Positions 63,263 through 64,000 of a DNA stretch of 64,000 nucleotides are shown here, piece by piece. The number at the start of each line of letters is the position of its first letter. Positions within the stretch are counted from its first letter, which is position 1. Both the position numbers and the translations under genes were made by a program. Source of the stretch: Octopus bimaculoides (taxonomy: Eukaryota); the NCBI RefSeq assembly GCF_001194135.2, contig NC_068984.1, positions 5,290,701 through 5,354,700 of the forward strand, written 5' to 3'. The notes under the pieces are model-generated. The model did no database searches. It had not been told where the DNA came from and saw only the letters and a program-made list of their open reading frames with translations.

Positions 63263-63689
63263 AAATGCTATTTAGTATATTCCAAGATCAAAACCCAATC
63301 GACTTAACTTAAGTATTTCATCACTCCGAGATTGCCGGACATACGATAAAATCTATTCAGTTTCACTTACAACAACCTTCAATTAGTCACCAAATTAAGA
63401 ACTTAAGGTTCAGATGGATCACCGTCTTCATTTCAGTTAGCCTTGGAAGAGTTTATGCACAATATTGGCCGCAGATAATCCACCGTTCACTTAACTGTGT
63501 ACAACATGTGCGGTCCTAACTATAGAACACATATCAAGCATAAAAAGTTTCGGTTTGTGAAACTGAAAGTTGAATCAAAACTTGAGGATGGATACTGGGT
63601 AGGTTAGGATATGCTTGATAACTAACGCATGTTTAGGTACACAGGAACAATAAATGTGTATTTGTTGCTGCGTATAAAAAAACTTCGTT

Positions 63690-64000
63690 GACTCTGTCGG
63701 TCACGAATGACCATGGCTGCACCTAAGAGGGGTACAAGTCTGGGTTACAAGTCTGGGTGGAATTCGCCTCACCGACGAACGCACAACCTAGGGTTGTATT
63801 TATGGAAAACCAGTAGTCACCCATGCATACCAGCCTCATCTCTCCACGCCACTGATTTTATCCAAGGGAAGGGCAAATACAGCTTCGCCCCTGTGACGTT
63901 GCAACTCATTTCTACAGCTGAATGAACTGGAGCAACGTGAAATAAAGTGTCTTGCTCAAGAACACAACACAGAGCCCGGTCCGGGAATCGAACTCACAAC
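63690..64000 (-). mobile_element. SINE family E, head cut by the window end
   Basis: Colinear with 62935-63262. Confidence 0.85.

Overview
Eukaryotic, AT-rich, repeat-dominated genomic DNA with 18 assembly gaps (~9.8 kb of N), most of them next to microsatellites. The SINE families and microsatellite density resemble a coleoid cephalopod (Octopus-like) genome; this is an inference from recalled repeat sequences, not a search result. No intact, recognisable protein-coding gene is visible. There are only candidate exons: a + strand ORF/exon pair at 33.9-34.6 kb and a GC-rich - strand terminal-exon fragment at 13.5 kb. The rest is a mobile-element graveyard: two decayed L1/Tx1-clade LINEs, a DD37E Tc1-like transposon with ~218-bp TIRs, an internally inverted mariner, and Penelope-like (PLE), Gypsy and R4/Dong remnants. 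It also holds a hAT MITE, two fold-back elements and many tRNA-derived SINEs (Deu/Nin-domain and CORE-like). The most interesting signals are four. (1) A Deu/Nin SINE subfamily shares its last ~43 nt with the Tx1 LINE. (2) Both LINE copies sit inside (TCTA)n/(TCTG)n arrays. (3) That SINE appears twice as an identical nested dimer joined in the A-box of another copy. (4) Several PLE-type minimal hammerhead ribozyme motifs are present, including a three-copy family with a shared non-canonical core (CUGUNGA). There is no CRISPR, rRNA or prokaryotic signal. Most long ORFs in the supplied track are artefacts of N runs and microsatellites.
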